Shown here: positions 24,301 to 35,647 of the stretch, piece by piece
Position numbering within the stretch: the stretch's first letter is position 1
Layout: each line of letters begins with the position of its first letter
From: Macrostomum lignano
Taxonomy: Eukaryota
DNA length: 64,000 nt
Direction of reading: 5' to 3'
NCBI GenBank assembly: GCA_002269645.1
Contig: NIVC01000616.1
Coordinates: 248,001 to 312,000, forward strand
Notes under the pieces: generated by a model
Told to the model about the DNA's origin: nothing
The model's input: the letters and a program-made list of their open reading frames with translations, nothing else
Databases searched by the model: none
Translations under genes and position numbers: made by a program

Positions 24301-27300
24301 GATCCCCAGTTTGAGCAAAGCATCTCCCAAATCCAAGTTTGAGCAAAGCATCTCCCAGATCCCCAGTTTGAGTTCAAAGCATCTCCCAGATCCTCAGTTT
24401 GAGCAAAGCATCTCCCAGATCCTCAGTTTGAGCAAAGCATCTCCCAGATCCTCAGTTTGAGCAAAGCATCTCCCAGATCCAGTTTGAGCAAAGCATCTCC
24501 CAGATCCTCAGTTTGAGCAAAGCATCTCCCAGATCCCAGTTTGAGCAAAGCATCTCCCAGATCCCAGTTTGAGCAAAGCATCTCCCAGATCCTCAGTTTG
24601 AGCAAAGCATCTCCCAGATCCTCAGTTTGAGTAAAGCATCTCCCAGATCCCAGTTTGAGCAAAGCATCTCCTAGATCCTCAGTTTGAGCAAAGCATCTCC
24701 CAGATCCCAGTTTGAGCAAAGCATCTCCCAAATCCAGTTTGAGCAAAGCATCTCCCAGATCCCCAGTTTGAGTTCAAAGCATCTCCTAGATCCTCAGTTT
24801 GAGCAAAGCATCTCCCAGATCCCCAGTTTGAGCAAAGCATCTCCCAAATCCAAGTTTGAGCAAAGCATCTCCCAGATCCCAGTTTGAGTTCAAAGCATCT
24901 CCCAGATCCTCAGTTTGAGCAAAGCATCTCCCAGATCCTCAGTTTGAGCAAAGCATCTCCCAGATCCTCAGTTTGAGCAAAGCATCTCCCAGATCCCCAG
25001 TTTGAGCAAAGCATCTCCCAATCCAGTTTGAGCAAAGCATCTCCCAGATCCCCAGTTTGAGTTCAAAGCATCTCCCAGATCCTCAGTTTGAGCAAAGCAT
25101 CTCCCAGATCCTCAGTTTGAGCAAAGCATCTCCCAGATCCTCAGTTTGAGCAAAGCATCTCCCAGATCCTCAGTTTGAGCAAAGCATCTCCTAGATCCTC
25201 AGTTTGAGCAAAGCATCTCCCAGATCCTCAGTTTGAGCAAAGCATCTCCCAGATCCTCAGTTTGAGCAAAGCATCTCCCAGATCCTCAGTTTGAGCAAAG
25301 CATCTCCCAGATCCAGTTTGAGCAAAGCATCTCCCAGATCCCAGTTTGAGCAAAGCATCTCCCAGATCCTCAGTTTGAGCAAAGCATCTCCCAGATCCTC
25401 AGTTTGAGCAAAGCATCTCCCAGATCCTCAGTTTGAGCAAAGCATCTCCCAGATCCTCAGTTTGAGCAAAGCATCTCCCAGATCCTCAGTTTGAGCAAAG
25501 CATCTCCCAGATCCTCAGTTTGAGCAAAGCATCTCCCAGATCCTCAGTTTGAGCAAAGCATCTCCCAGATCCAGTTTGAGCAAAGCATCTCCCAGATCCC
25601 AGTTTGAGCAAAGCATCTCCCAGATCCTCAGTTTGAGCAAAGCATCTCCCAGATCCTCAGTTTGAGCAAAGCATCTCCCAGATCCCAGTTTGAGTTCAAA
25701 GCATCTCCCAGATCCTCAGTTTGAGCAAAGCATCTCCCAGATCCTCAGTTTGAGCAAAGCATCTCCCAGATCCTCAGTTTGAGCAAAGCATCTCCCAGAT
25801 CCAAGTTTGAGCAAAGCATCTCCCAGATCCTCAGTTTGAGCAAAGCATCTCCCAGATCCCAGTTTGAGCAAAGCATCTCCCAGATCCCAGTTTGAGCAAA
25901 GCATCTCCCAGATCCAGTTTGAGCAAAGCATCTCCCAGATCCTCAGTTTGAGTAAAGCATCTCCCAGATCCCCAGTTTGAGTTCAAAGCATCTCCTAGAT
26001 CCTCAGTTTGAGCAAAGCATCTCCCAGATCCCAGTTTGAGCAAAGCATCTCCCAAATCCAAGTTTGAGCAAAGCATCTCCCAGATCCCCAGTTTGAGTTC
26101 AAAGCATCTCCTAGATCCTCAGTTTGAGCAAAGCATCTCCCAGATCCCCAGTTTGAGCAAAGCATCTCCCAAATCCAAGTTTGAGCAAAGCATCTCCCAG
26201 ATCCCCAGTTTGAGTTCAAAGCATCTCCCAGATCCTCAGTTTGAGCAAAGCATCTCCCAGATCCCCAGTTTGAGTTCAAAGCATCTCCTAGATCCTCAGT
26301 TTGAGCAAAGCATCTCCCAGATCCCCAGTTTGAGCAAAGCATCTCCCAGATCCAGTTTGAGCAAAGCATCTCCCAGATCCCCAGTTTGAGTTCAAAGCAT
26401 CTCCCAGATCCTCAGTTTGAGCAAAGCATCTCCCAGATCCTCAGTTTGAGCAAAGCATCTCCCAGATCCTCAGTTTGAGCAAAGCATCTCCCAGATCCTC
26501 AGTTTGAGCAAAGCATCTCCCAGATCCTCAGTTTGAGCAAAGCATCTCCCAGATCCTCAGTTTGAGCAAAGCATCTCCCAGATCCTCAGTTTGAGCAAAG
26601 CATCTCCCAGATCCTCAGTTTGAGCAAAGCATCTCCCAGATCCTCAGTTTGAGCAAAGCATCTCCCAGATCCTCAGTTTGAGTTCAAAGCATCTCCCAGA
26701 TCCTCAGTTTGAGCAAAGCATCTCCCAGATCCTCAGTTTGAGCAAAGCATCTCCCAGATCCTCAGTTTGAGCAAAGCATCTCCCAGATCCTCAGTTTGAG
26801 CAAAGCATCTCCCAGATCCTCAGTTTGAGCAAAGCATCTCCCAGATCCTCAGTTTGAGCAAAGCATCTCCCAGATCCTCAGTTTGAGCAAAGCATCTCCT
26901 AGATCCTCAGTTTGAGCAAAGCATCTCCCAGATCCCCAGTTTGAGCAAAGCATCTCCCAGATCCTCAGTTTGAGCAAAGCATCTCCCAGATCCAAGTTTG
27001 AGCAAAGCATCTCCCAGATCCTCAGTTTGAGCAAAGCATCTCCCAGATCCCCAGTTTGAGCAAAGCATCTCCCAGATCCTCAGTTTGAGCAAAGCATCTC
27101 CCAGATCCCCAGTTTGAGCAAAGCATCTCCCAGATCCTCAGTTTGAGCAAAGCATCTCCCAGATCCCCAGTTTGAGCAAAGCATCTCCTAGATCCTCAGT
27201 TTGAGCAAAGCATCTCCCAGATCCCCAGTTTGAGCAAAGCATCTCCCAGATCCTCAGTTTGAGCAAAGCATCTCCCAGATCCTCAGTTTGAGCAAAGCAT

Positions 27301-27650
27301 CTCCCAGATCCTCAGTTTGAGCAAAGCATCTCCCAGATCCTCAGTTTGAGCAAAGCATCTCCCAGATCCTCAGTTTGAGCAAAGCATCTCCCAGATCCTC
27401 AGTTTGAGCAAAGCATCTCCCAGATCCTCAGTTTGAGCAAAGCATCTCCCAGATCCTCAGTTTGAGCAAAGCATCTCCCAGATCCTCAGTTTGAGCAAAG
27501 CATCTCCCAGATCCTCAGTTTGAGCAAGCATCTCCCAGATCCTCAGTTTGAGCAAAGCATCTCCCAGATCCTCAGTTTGAGCAAAGCATCTCCCAGATCC
27601 TCAGTTTGAGCAAAGCATCTCCCAGATCCTCAGTTTGAGCAAAGCATCGA
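21355..27650. repeat. 6.3-kb satellite, 29-bp unit (CAGTTTGAGCAAAGCATCTCCCAGATCCT) with 28-31-bp variants
   Basis: Period 29 (GATCC at 23461 and 23490). Confidence 0.98.
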
Positions 27651-27811
27651 TCCCAAATCTTCAGTTTCAGCGAAAAATAACAGGAAGAGGAGAATCCTGC
27701 ACACCAAACGCGTTGATTTTCGATTATTTTAATTTTTTTGGCAAGCAGAAGATTTCGCATCAACTACAATACAGTCATTCCTGCTCGATGTAATTTTTGG
27801 TTTCACACCTG

Positions 27812-28446
27812 TCAGATAATGAGCATTTCGAACTCCATCAGCGAGAGTAGTAGAATCCATAGCGATATTTCCATATGATGACGTGACCAAACGGGCCACC
27901 GATGGCGTCAGTGAAGTTCTTGTACACCCCGTTCGGGTGCGTGCTGTAGCAGCCTCTGAACCACCAGCCCCCGGCATAGCGCTCGGCGCAGCTGCTTGAA
28001 GAGTCGTCGTGATCGGCGTCCTTCGTGCTGAACTGGCTGCCGGAAGAGTAGGACAGGCTGTCGCCGATGCCGTCGCTGCCCAGCACCTGCAGCCGGTAGT
28101 TGTCCGACTCAGCACCCACGGAGAAGCTGGAGTACTCAGCCCAGCTCTCCGACTCGTTCCAGGCCTTCATCAGGATTCTCAGCTTCCGGTTTGCCCGACG
28201 AAGTGAGCGACTGAAGGGGTTCAGGCCTGTGAATCGAGGAGGTCATGGAATAAGAGCTGAGATCTGTCCCGCGCAACCAGCTTTGGGTCACGCACGTATA
28301 TGTGTGTACGATTTTTCAAGCTCAAACTCACCGATCCAGTAGTTTTCGTCGGGTCCTAGCTCGCCGAACTCGCTCTGATACTGAGTCCAGTTGCGGTAAC
28401 AGTACACCCTGTGCTGCACGGTGGTCCAGCAGTCACTGCCGGCTGT
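27812..28446 (-). CDS. Fibrinogen-related domain (FReD) protein, last two exons (28332-28446, 27812-28226), apparently frameshifted
   Basis: CWTTVQHR...[13 protein letters not shown]...NYWIG|L...[18 protein letters not shown]...[20 protein letters not shown]...[14 protein letters not shown]...PNGVY are fibrinogen C-domain motifs; the intron is phase 1. Confidence 0.85.
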
Positions 28447-28602
28447 CTGCAAGCTAGGTGACACAACAGGTGCATGTCAGTGCCCTGTCATGCATGAAAC
28501 TTTAAACGGCACTATACCTTCAAGCATCAGACGGAAAAATTAAAAAAATTAGTTGAAATTAAAATTAATTAACTAAATTGGCCAGGCTTACGCGCCTGTG
28601 CA

Positions 28603-29308
28603 GCAAGGACGACTCAAGTAGAAGGACGGGAAAGCTCGTTTCTTAGAAAATTTCTGAAGGCACTTTTTCCCGAAAAAATACACTACGGAGATAGGAAGTT
28701 TTCATTTTTTCAGCACAAAAATTGCTATAACTTTTGATAGGAGGCAGATCCAGTGTTCATCTTTTGATATGTTGTGCCTTTTTTATTGTTTTATCGATAT
28801 TTATAAAGCTTTTCGTTCAGAAAATTAGATTTCTATGTTAATTTTTTATTCTACGTATATTTCCTGTATCTAAAAATCACAAAAATGCATGACACAGCTC
28901 TAATATTTGGTTTTAGGAATCTATTTTATCATCTATGTTACGACTATTTGCTATACAGTCAGGTAAGAAGGATAAAATAGACTCATAAAACCAAAGAGCC
29001 AAGCCGTGGCATTCTAATTAATGTATAATTTCAAGCACAAGACACATGAAAATATACGTAGAATAAAAAATTAACATAGAATCCTAATCTTCTGAACGGA
29101 AAGCTTTATAAGTATCGATAGAGCAATAAAAAAGGCACAACATATCAATAGATGAACACTGGATCTGCCTCCTATCAAAAGTTATAGCAATTTTTGTGCT
29201 GAAAAAATAAAATTTCCTATCTCCGCAGTGTATTTTTTCGGGAAAAAGTGCCTTCAAAAATTTTCTAAGAAACGAGGTTTCCCGTCCTTCTACTTGAGTC
29301 GTCCTTGC
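28603..29308. mobile_element. MITE/foldback element with ~260-bp TIRs and 6-bp TSD TGTGCA (right TSD displaced to 30814-30819)
   Basis: 28603-28865 is the reverse complement of ~29050-29308 (GCAAGGACGAC...GTCGTCCTTGC). A truncated second copy lies at 42248-42716. Confidence 0.88.
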
Positions 29309-29309
29309 T

Positions 29310-30805
29310 GGGTCTACGACAATTGACTGCCACAATTTGACTGCCACAATTTGACTGCGGTCAATTTGACTGCGGACAATTTGACTGCGGTTTGACAAAT
29401 TTGACTGCGGAAATGACAAAAATGATGCTGTTTAGCACTCTGCGTCTATGCATGTTGAAATATTGTATTTAGAAGCTAGAATGATGCCGAGCAATTTGAC
29501 TGCCAGCGAAATGACTGCCGGAAAAATGATGCTCCTAAAGTTTAGCACTCTGTCAACCCTTTTAAGTCTATGCATGTAGTGAAATATTGTATTTAGAAGC
29601 TAGAATGATGCAGAACAGAACACACAACCTTTATACAACAAGCTGTAACAGCTGTTGAAACCCGTGGATTTTGAACAGTGGGAAATGGGAATTCCATCTT
29701 AGGAACTATTTTGCATATATTCTAAAATCTGAAGTTAAACTCAAGCAAAAACTTTTATTATTAGAGTTAAACATAACATAGATTACATTCGTGTAAATTT
29801 AGCATTGGAGGCAAACTATTGATATTGTTGGCTGGGGTGCGGCGCAGAATGTCAGAAAAACTCTGGCCTCTACTTCTGCCTCTCGATCCCTATGTTCCTT
29901 GCATCCTTTGAACCTTCTATCTTCTCTTCTGTTTTCTCACTTCTCTCTCGTCTCTTCTCTCTCGTCTCTGCTCTCTCATCTCCCCTCTCTCATCTGTCAT
30001 TTTTACTCTCTTATACTGGTAATGTTCTCTCACCTCTCTCCTCTGTACTCTTCTCTTTCCCCTCTTTTGACTCCTCTCTTTCCTTTCTCCTTTCTTCCCT
30101 TTTCTTTTCTTCTATTCTTTCTTCTATACTCTCTCCCTCTCTTGTCTTTTCTCTTCTCTCTCTGCGCTCTCCTCTCTCCTCTCCTATATCGTGTTCACTC
30201 TCTGACTCTCATCTTTGCTCTCTCATCCCCCTCTCATCTTACTCTTCACTCCTGTGTACCTGTCACTTCACTCTTTCCCCTCTTCTGACTCCTCTCTTTC
30301 CTTAGTCCTCTTCTTTTCCCTCTTCTATACTCTCTCCCTTTATTCACTTCTCTCGTCTCTCTGCACTCTGCTCTCTCCGCCTTCATCTCTCATCTCATCT
30401 CTCCTTTCATCTCTCTCATCTCTACAATCTCTCCTTTCCCCTGTCTTCTTTTTCAAATTCTCTCTCATCTCTCTCTCCTCTTTTGCATAACGAGAATGCG
30501 CCTAGCAAGCTTTGCCGCTGTCATTTTGTCGGCAGTCAAATCGCCGCAGTCATTTTGTCGGCAGTCAAATTGTCGGCAGTCATTTTGTCGGCAGTCATTT
30601 TGTCCGCAGTCAAATTGTCGGCAGTCATTTTGTCCGCAGTCAAATTGTCGGCAGTCATTTTGTCCGCAGTCATTTTGTCCGCAGTCATTTTGTCCGCAGT
30701 CATTTTGTCGGCAGTCAAATTGCTCGGCAGTCAAATTGTCCGCAGTCAAATTGACCGCAGTCAAATTGTGGCAGTCAAATTGTGGCAGTCAATTGTCGTG
30801 CACCC
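29310..30805. mobile_element. Non-autonomous MULE/foldback-like element with 9-bp TSD GTCCTTGCT
   Basis: Termini GGGTCTACGACAATTGACTGCC and GGCAGTCAATTGTCGTGCACCC, subterminal tandem repeats, identical 9-mers at 29301-29309 and 30806-30814. The interior includes a CT-rich tract. Confidence 0.85.
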
Positions 30806-32602
30806 GTCCTTGCTGTGCATACATTCATAGAAAATTTATAGAAAAGTTACATCACATACGTTACACGTAAAAATGCGTACAAAATTAATTTTAATTATTC
30901 GTAGCTTTCTATCAACTTTTTAATTTTTACTTTGATATGTTGCTAGCGTTTCAGCCCCTAGCCAGGGCTCTTCCGCTAATAATATATTTGTTGCAATTAC
31001 ATTACAATTTGACCTTCTTTAAAACTTTGGCTGCTTTCTGCTTGTAAACTTTAACAAAGTTTTTTAGGTTAAATTTGACACAACCAAGGGAAACGATTCT
31101 TTAATATCTATTGCATTAAAATTCTTCTTTGCCTTTAGGAAATACTTGTGACTTTTTTGATGAATACTTTGGTCAATGCTTCATAAATCTAACATTTCGA
31201 TTTTTCCATTATAATTTTTCGTTTTCGTTTTGTCTAACTGAATTTACCCTTAGCCTTAACAGCTCCAACGGGATATACGTCGTATTTGCGATCCAAAACT
31301 GCATTGCTCTAAATCAAACAGCGTTGTCTTACTCTTACGCCTAGCTGTTTAAATTGAAATAGAATACATACATTACATATACATTGCGTACATAGGCCCC
31401 TATATCTATCATTTTTAGCATAAATTATTCGATGCATATATATATACTCTTTTGATTCGTTGCTTTTTGTCTGTTCTGTTGCCTAGCTAGCTTGGCATAT
31501 ACACTCAGCAATATTTTAAAGTTTTCCATCCCATAGCCAGGGGTCAACAAGCGGCAATGTACTTTAATTTATGCTATAACCCTATTTATTATCTTATTAG
31601 CCAAAGCTATGCTATGGGCCTTATAATGCAATGCAAATGCCACTTGACCAAGTTGAACACTGCATTCAATTCAGGGTAGAAACTTGAATATTTTGCTTAG
31701 TACAATAAACTTATTTGATATTTGGCATACAACTAATTAAAATTATTAGTATTTCATATATATATCAATATTTATATATGCATACTAGCAGTATCCCATG
31801 TAGTAGGCCTATCAAGTAAATAACTTGACTTGACTGCCTGATGTTTATACATTAGACAATTTGAAAAAGCCTTTATAATTTAAAATAATTTGTAGTGTCA
31901 TTGTTATAGCTTTGACTATTACCAACATTATTTGCCTTAATTCTAAATCCATAGCCTTAGGTACTATTTAATAATAGCCTTAATAATTAGTGGGTTTGAG
32001 TGTGAATGTATTGCTTTCTCACTGCATGCAGGCCTGGCTATCACAGTAGTTTATTAATTATTATGTGTTATAAAAAAAGATTTTTTTGCATTTTAAAGAA
32101 TAACTTAAGCAATTAATTATATAACTTACTAATCATACAATACAATAGTTTTTTATAAAAATAAAAGTCAAATGATATTGTATGTTTTTGTAATAAAGTT
32201 CTAGATTTAAAGGTACTAGTATTTTGTGCTAGCTTTAAAATAGCATCATTTTGCCTTTATGTTTTTATAGTAGCCAGTAGCTACCTTTAATCAACTACTA
32301 TATGCCAATTGATTAAAAGTGAAATATTTAGCTTAGATAATATAGCTTGCTAAATAAAGAGTGAAAGAAATAAAGTAACTTATCAATATAAATGAGATAA
32401 ATATCTTTATTTTTAATGTGTTCTGTCTAACAATAGGGTATCACACATAAGGCCCATTTAACAAAAAAAGAAAATTTATGTATAGTCTTAATCCAAGTAT
32501 TTTACAATTAAGTTTGTGTTGCACAAATATTAGAACAACAATCATTACATTAAAATTTCATGTCCCTATCAAATTTCACATTCTTGCTGAGGTGCCTGTC
32601 AC

Positions 32603-35600
32603 ATGGCATCAGCAAATGTGGCAAATGCCAAAGCAGCTGCAAAAATCCAGTTTGCAGTCAGCCTTCTAGGCGATGGTATGCATTCGGTGCTCCAGAGACA
32701 TTTTGGCTTAAAGAACCAACTGGATTTCAACGATTTGCTGAAGATGATGTCCGGCAAGGTCGATGAGGCTTTCCCAGGCTTGGAACCTCAAAATCGGCAG
32801 CTGCTGCAGCGTCTTCTGGAGCGCGCAAAGGCAATCCGTGACCGACATTCTCGCCAAGACTTTGATGTACACCGATCTGAGCACGATCTCGAGTGCTTAT
32901 TAAAGCTCGCGTCCTTGATGGGATTAAGTGAGTGCCAGCAAGAAATCGCCAACTTTGCTGGAGTTTCAATCGGAGACTGGGAGAAGCTCAAATCAGAAGG
33001 CAATGAGCATTATAAGAAAGGAAGATGGTTGGAGGCGATGACCTGCTACACAAAGGCAATTCAGAGCAATGCAAATAATGCTGTTCTGTACTCAAACCGA
33101 GCTCTGTGCGAAATAAATTTGCGAAAGTTCGATCTTGCTCGAGAAGATGCTGAAGATGCGATTGGACTGGACCCCAGCCAGATTAAGTTCTACAGAATTC
33201 TTTCTGAAGCTCTCTATAAGCTGCGGCTACATGAACCAGCCTTGGATGCGTGTCAGACTGGTCTCAGAATCGACTCTACAGACGAGACCCTTCTTCTACG
33301 GGAGCAGCTCTGCACAGCTCTTGTTATGGACAGCCAGCAGGATGTAGGTGCAGAAGGAAGCAGCCAAACCCAAAGCAGCGATCTCTACAAGAAGCTGCGA
33401 GATTGCCAAGTGGAGAGTACATCGGGAATTTCACCTGACGAAGTGAGCCCCATAGACAGCACCATTTTGCAGAGCATCAGCGAGCTGGATAAGGCCCACC
33501 AGATTCTGCAGTCCGGCAGAGGCGACATCACCGAAGAGCAGAAGGCATTTGAGATCTTTGAGTCCGTTGCAAAGCAAGGCAGTGCGCAGGGTCTGTACAA
33601 CATGGCCATCATGTACAAAGACGGCAATGCAGGACTGGCTCGGGATCCAGCAAAGCATTTCCAGCTGTGCCTCCAAGCCGCCGAGCAGAAGCCGTACTTA
33701 TCGGCCATGGACGACGTGTTTCTCAACATTGGCGTGGCGGAGGCGGAGAACGCCCTCGGCGTGGCCTACAGAGACGGCATGGCCGTGGACAAGGATGACA
33801 AGCTCGCATTCAAATGGTTTCTTAAGTCCGCTCGTCACGGCTACGCATCAGCCATGAGCAACCTCGGGCTGGCCTTCTACAACGGAGCTGGCTGCGAGCG
33901 GAGCCCGACCTCCGCCCGATGGTGGCTCCAGAAAGCCGCGGACCTCGGACAGTCGGAGGCGCAGCTGAAATTAGCTGGGATGCTCATCGAAGGCGAGGGA
34001 GGACCAGCCGACTCTGAGAAGGCGGTTGAACTGCTCAAATCAGCTGCGGACCAAGGCCTACCAGGCGCTCTGGAGGCTCTGCAGCAGCAAACGCGGCGCG
34101 GAGCCATGAAAGCGAAGCGCATGAACTCAGCAAGAAAAATCGTGGAAGAGAAGGCAGCGGCTAACGACAAAGAGGCGCTGTTTCTCCTAGGAAAGAACTA
34201 CTTGCAGGGAGAAGGTGGATTCGAGCAGGACTTTGAACTGGCCGAAACGTATTTGAGGAAGGCTTCGGACCTGAACCATGAAAGGGCCTTTCCTGCTGTT
34301 GGAAAGCTGCTTTTGCAGCTAGGAAAAGAAAAAGATGCGGCTTTCTTTCTTCGAAAGGCTGCCGAGAGCGGTGATGCTGAGGCACAGTGGCTTTTTGGGT
34401 GCATGCTGAGTCTTGGACAAGGTTGTGAAAATAACCCCACTGAAGCTCGTAGATGGCTGCTCAGGTCCAAAAAAGACAGCCAAAAAGAAGTGGAAGAACT
34501 GTTGAAAGCTTCTTCTCAGATTTTGTTATTTGAAGCTGCTCGTGGCCTCTCTAAAGATGGTCTTAGTCAATATGAGAGATTTGCAAGGTATGTTGAATCC
34601 TTTGCATCAAGCCACAAGTCGAAGGAAGCGTTTCGCGACATTTTCCAGTATTTTAAGCAGACGATGGGTGTGTCGCTGCACCCTGCGGGATCCAATCACA
34701 TGTCAACTATGCTGACTTCGGAGCAGTTGATGGCAAAAAAGGCTGCACAGGGGTCAAAAACCGCGCAAAAGTACTTCATTGGCTTCGATCTTTTGGACCA
34801 AATGCGCTCTGCTTTAGATAGCAACAACGGACCAGAAGCTTTTCGACTCTACCGACTAGCTGATAGAACCTGGCAGCCTCTTGTCATTGACATTTTTACC
34901 TGGAAGAAACTCTTCGATGCGGCCACTGCAGCCTTTGAGGAGAATCGTAAAGATTCTGAAGCTTATTTCGTCATAATTCATTACCACAGTGGTCGACAAC
35001 TTTCAAATGTTGCTGAACTCCTTCGAATGGCGCTGGCTTGTACCAATCTGAACCCTAATGTGGCTGACTATTACAACTTGCTAGGCAACATGTACGGATT
35101 CAACGGAGATGGAATCAGCGCTTTAAGGGCCTTTGAGCGAGCTTTAGAGCTAGACTGGGAGCCCCATTGGCTTTACGGCAAAGCGTCGGCTGTCAGGCAT
35201 CATCAGCGTCTGAGCGATCGCAGAAGAGTCATTGAAGCGTATGAAGAGTACATCTCTGCCAACGAAAAGGACGATCGTCACATTCCTGAGGCTTGCTATT
35301 GCATAGCGTTCGAGTATTTGGGCTTGAAAGACAAGGCAATGGCCAGGGAGTATTTCCGGAGGGGACTCCAGGCTGAGAGTCCCGAGGTGCGGCTGCCGTG
35401 CTTTGAACCCGTTAACGATTGCCCACCGAAGGAAATGCTGCAGAAGATGTTTCTGCTGTATGATCTTGAGAATTCCAGCCCGCTGAACTCCCAGCTGCTA
35501 AGCGAATCGAGCAGCGGAGACCGGTGCAGTTCCTGTGGAAAGCGGAACGCATCGCAGCGATGCAGCAGGTGCAAGAAGGCCTTCTACTGCGATAGAGACT

Positions 35601-35647
35601 GCCAGCTGAAGCACTGGAAGGTCCACAAGAAGCAGTGTGTTAATTGA
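32603..35647 (+). CDS. Intronless 1014-aa protein: N-terminal HEPN-like domain, 3 TPRs, multiple SEL1-like repeats, further TPRs, C-terminal MYND zinc finger
   Basis: LKSEGNEHYKKG.W.EA...YTKAI...LYSNRALC is TPR. AWFLKSARHGY-type, AMSNLGLAFYNGAGC and AQLKLAGMLIEG repeats are SEL1. C..C...C..C...YC...CQ..HW..HK..C is MYND. The HEPN call is from pattern only. Confidence 0.88.
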   Translation: MASANVANAKAAAKIQFAVSLLGDGMHSVLQRHFGLKNQLDFNDLLKMMSGKVDEAFPGLEPQNRQLLQRLLERAKAIRDRHSRQDFDVHRSEHDLECLLKLASLMGLSECQQEIANFAGVSIGDWEKLKSEGNEHYKKGRWLEAMTCYTKAIQSNANNAVLYSNRALCEINLRKFDLAREDAEDAIGLDPSQIKFYRILSEALYKLRLHEPALDACQTGLRIDSTDETLLLREQLCTALVMDSQQDVGAEGSSQTQSSDLYKKLRDCQVESTSGISPDEVSPIDSTILQSISELDKAHQILQSGRGDITEEQKAFEIFESVAKQGSAQGLYNMAIMYKDGNAGLARDPAKHFQLCLQAAEQKPYLSAMDDVFLNIGVAEAENALGVAYRDGMAVDKDDKLAFKWFLKSARHGYASAMSNLGLAFYNGAGCERSPTSARWWLQKAADLGQSEAQLKLAGMLIEGEGGPADSEKAVELLKSAADQGLPGALEALQQQTRRGAMKAKRMNSARKIVEEKAAANDKEALFLLGKNYLQGEGGFEQDFELAETYLRKASDLNHERAFPAVGKLLLQLGKEKDAAFFLRKAAESGDAEAQWLFGCMLSLGQGCENNPTEARRWLLRSKKDSQKEVEELLKASSQILLFEAARGLSKDGLSQYERFARYVESFASSHKSKEAFRDIFQYFKQTMGVSLHPAGSNHMSTMLTSEQLMAKKAAQGSKTAQKYFIGFDLLDQMRSALDSNNGPEAFRLYRLADRTWQPLVIDIFTWKKLFDAATAAFEENRKDSEAYFVIIHYHSGRQLSNVAELLRMALACTNLNPNVADYYNLLGNMYGFNGDGISALRAFERALELDWEPHWLYGKASAVRHHQRLSDRRRVIEAYEEYISANEKDDRHIPEACYCIAFEYLGLKDKAMAREYFRRGLQAESPEVRLPCFEPVNDCPPKEMLQKMFLLYDLENSSPLNSQLLSESSSGDRCSSCGKRNASQRCSRCKKAFYCDRDCQLKHWKVHKKQCVN

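Noticed and set aside
22158-27092. Many MLCSNW/LGDALLK ORFs
   Set aside because: Satellite translations.
29892-30490. Hydrophobic S/L-rich ORFs resembling membrane proteins
   Set aside because: CT-rich low-complexity interior of a transposon.
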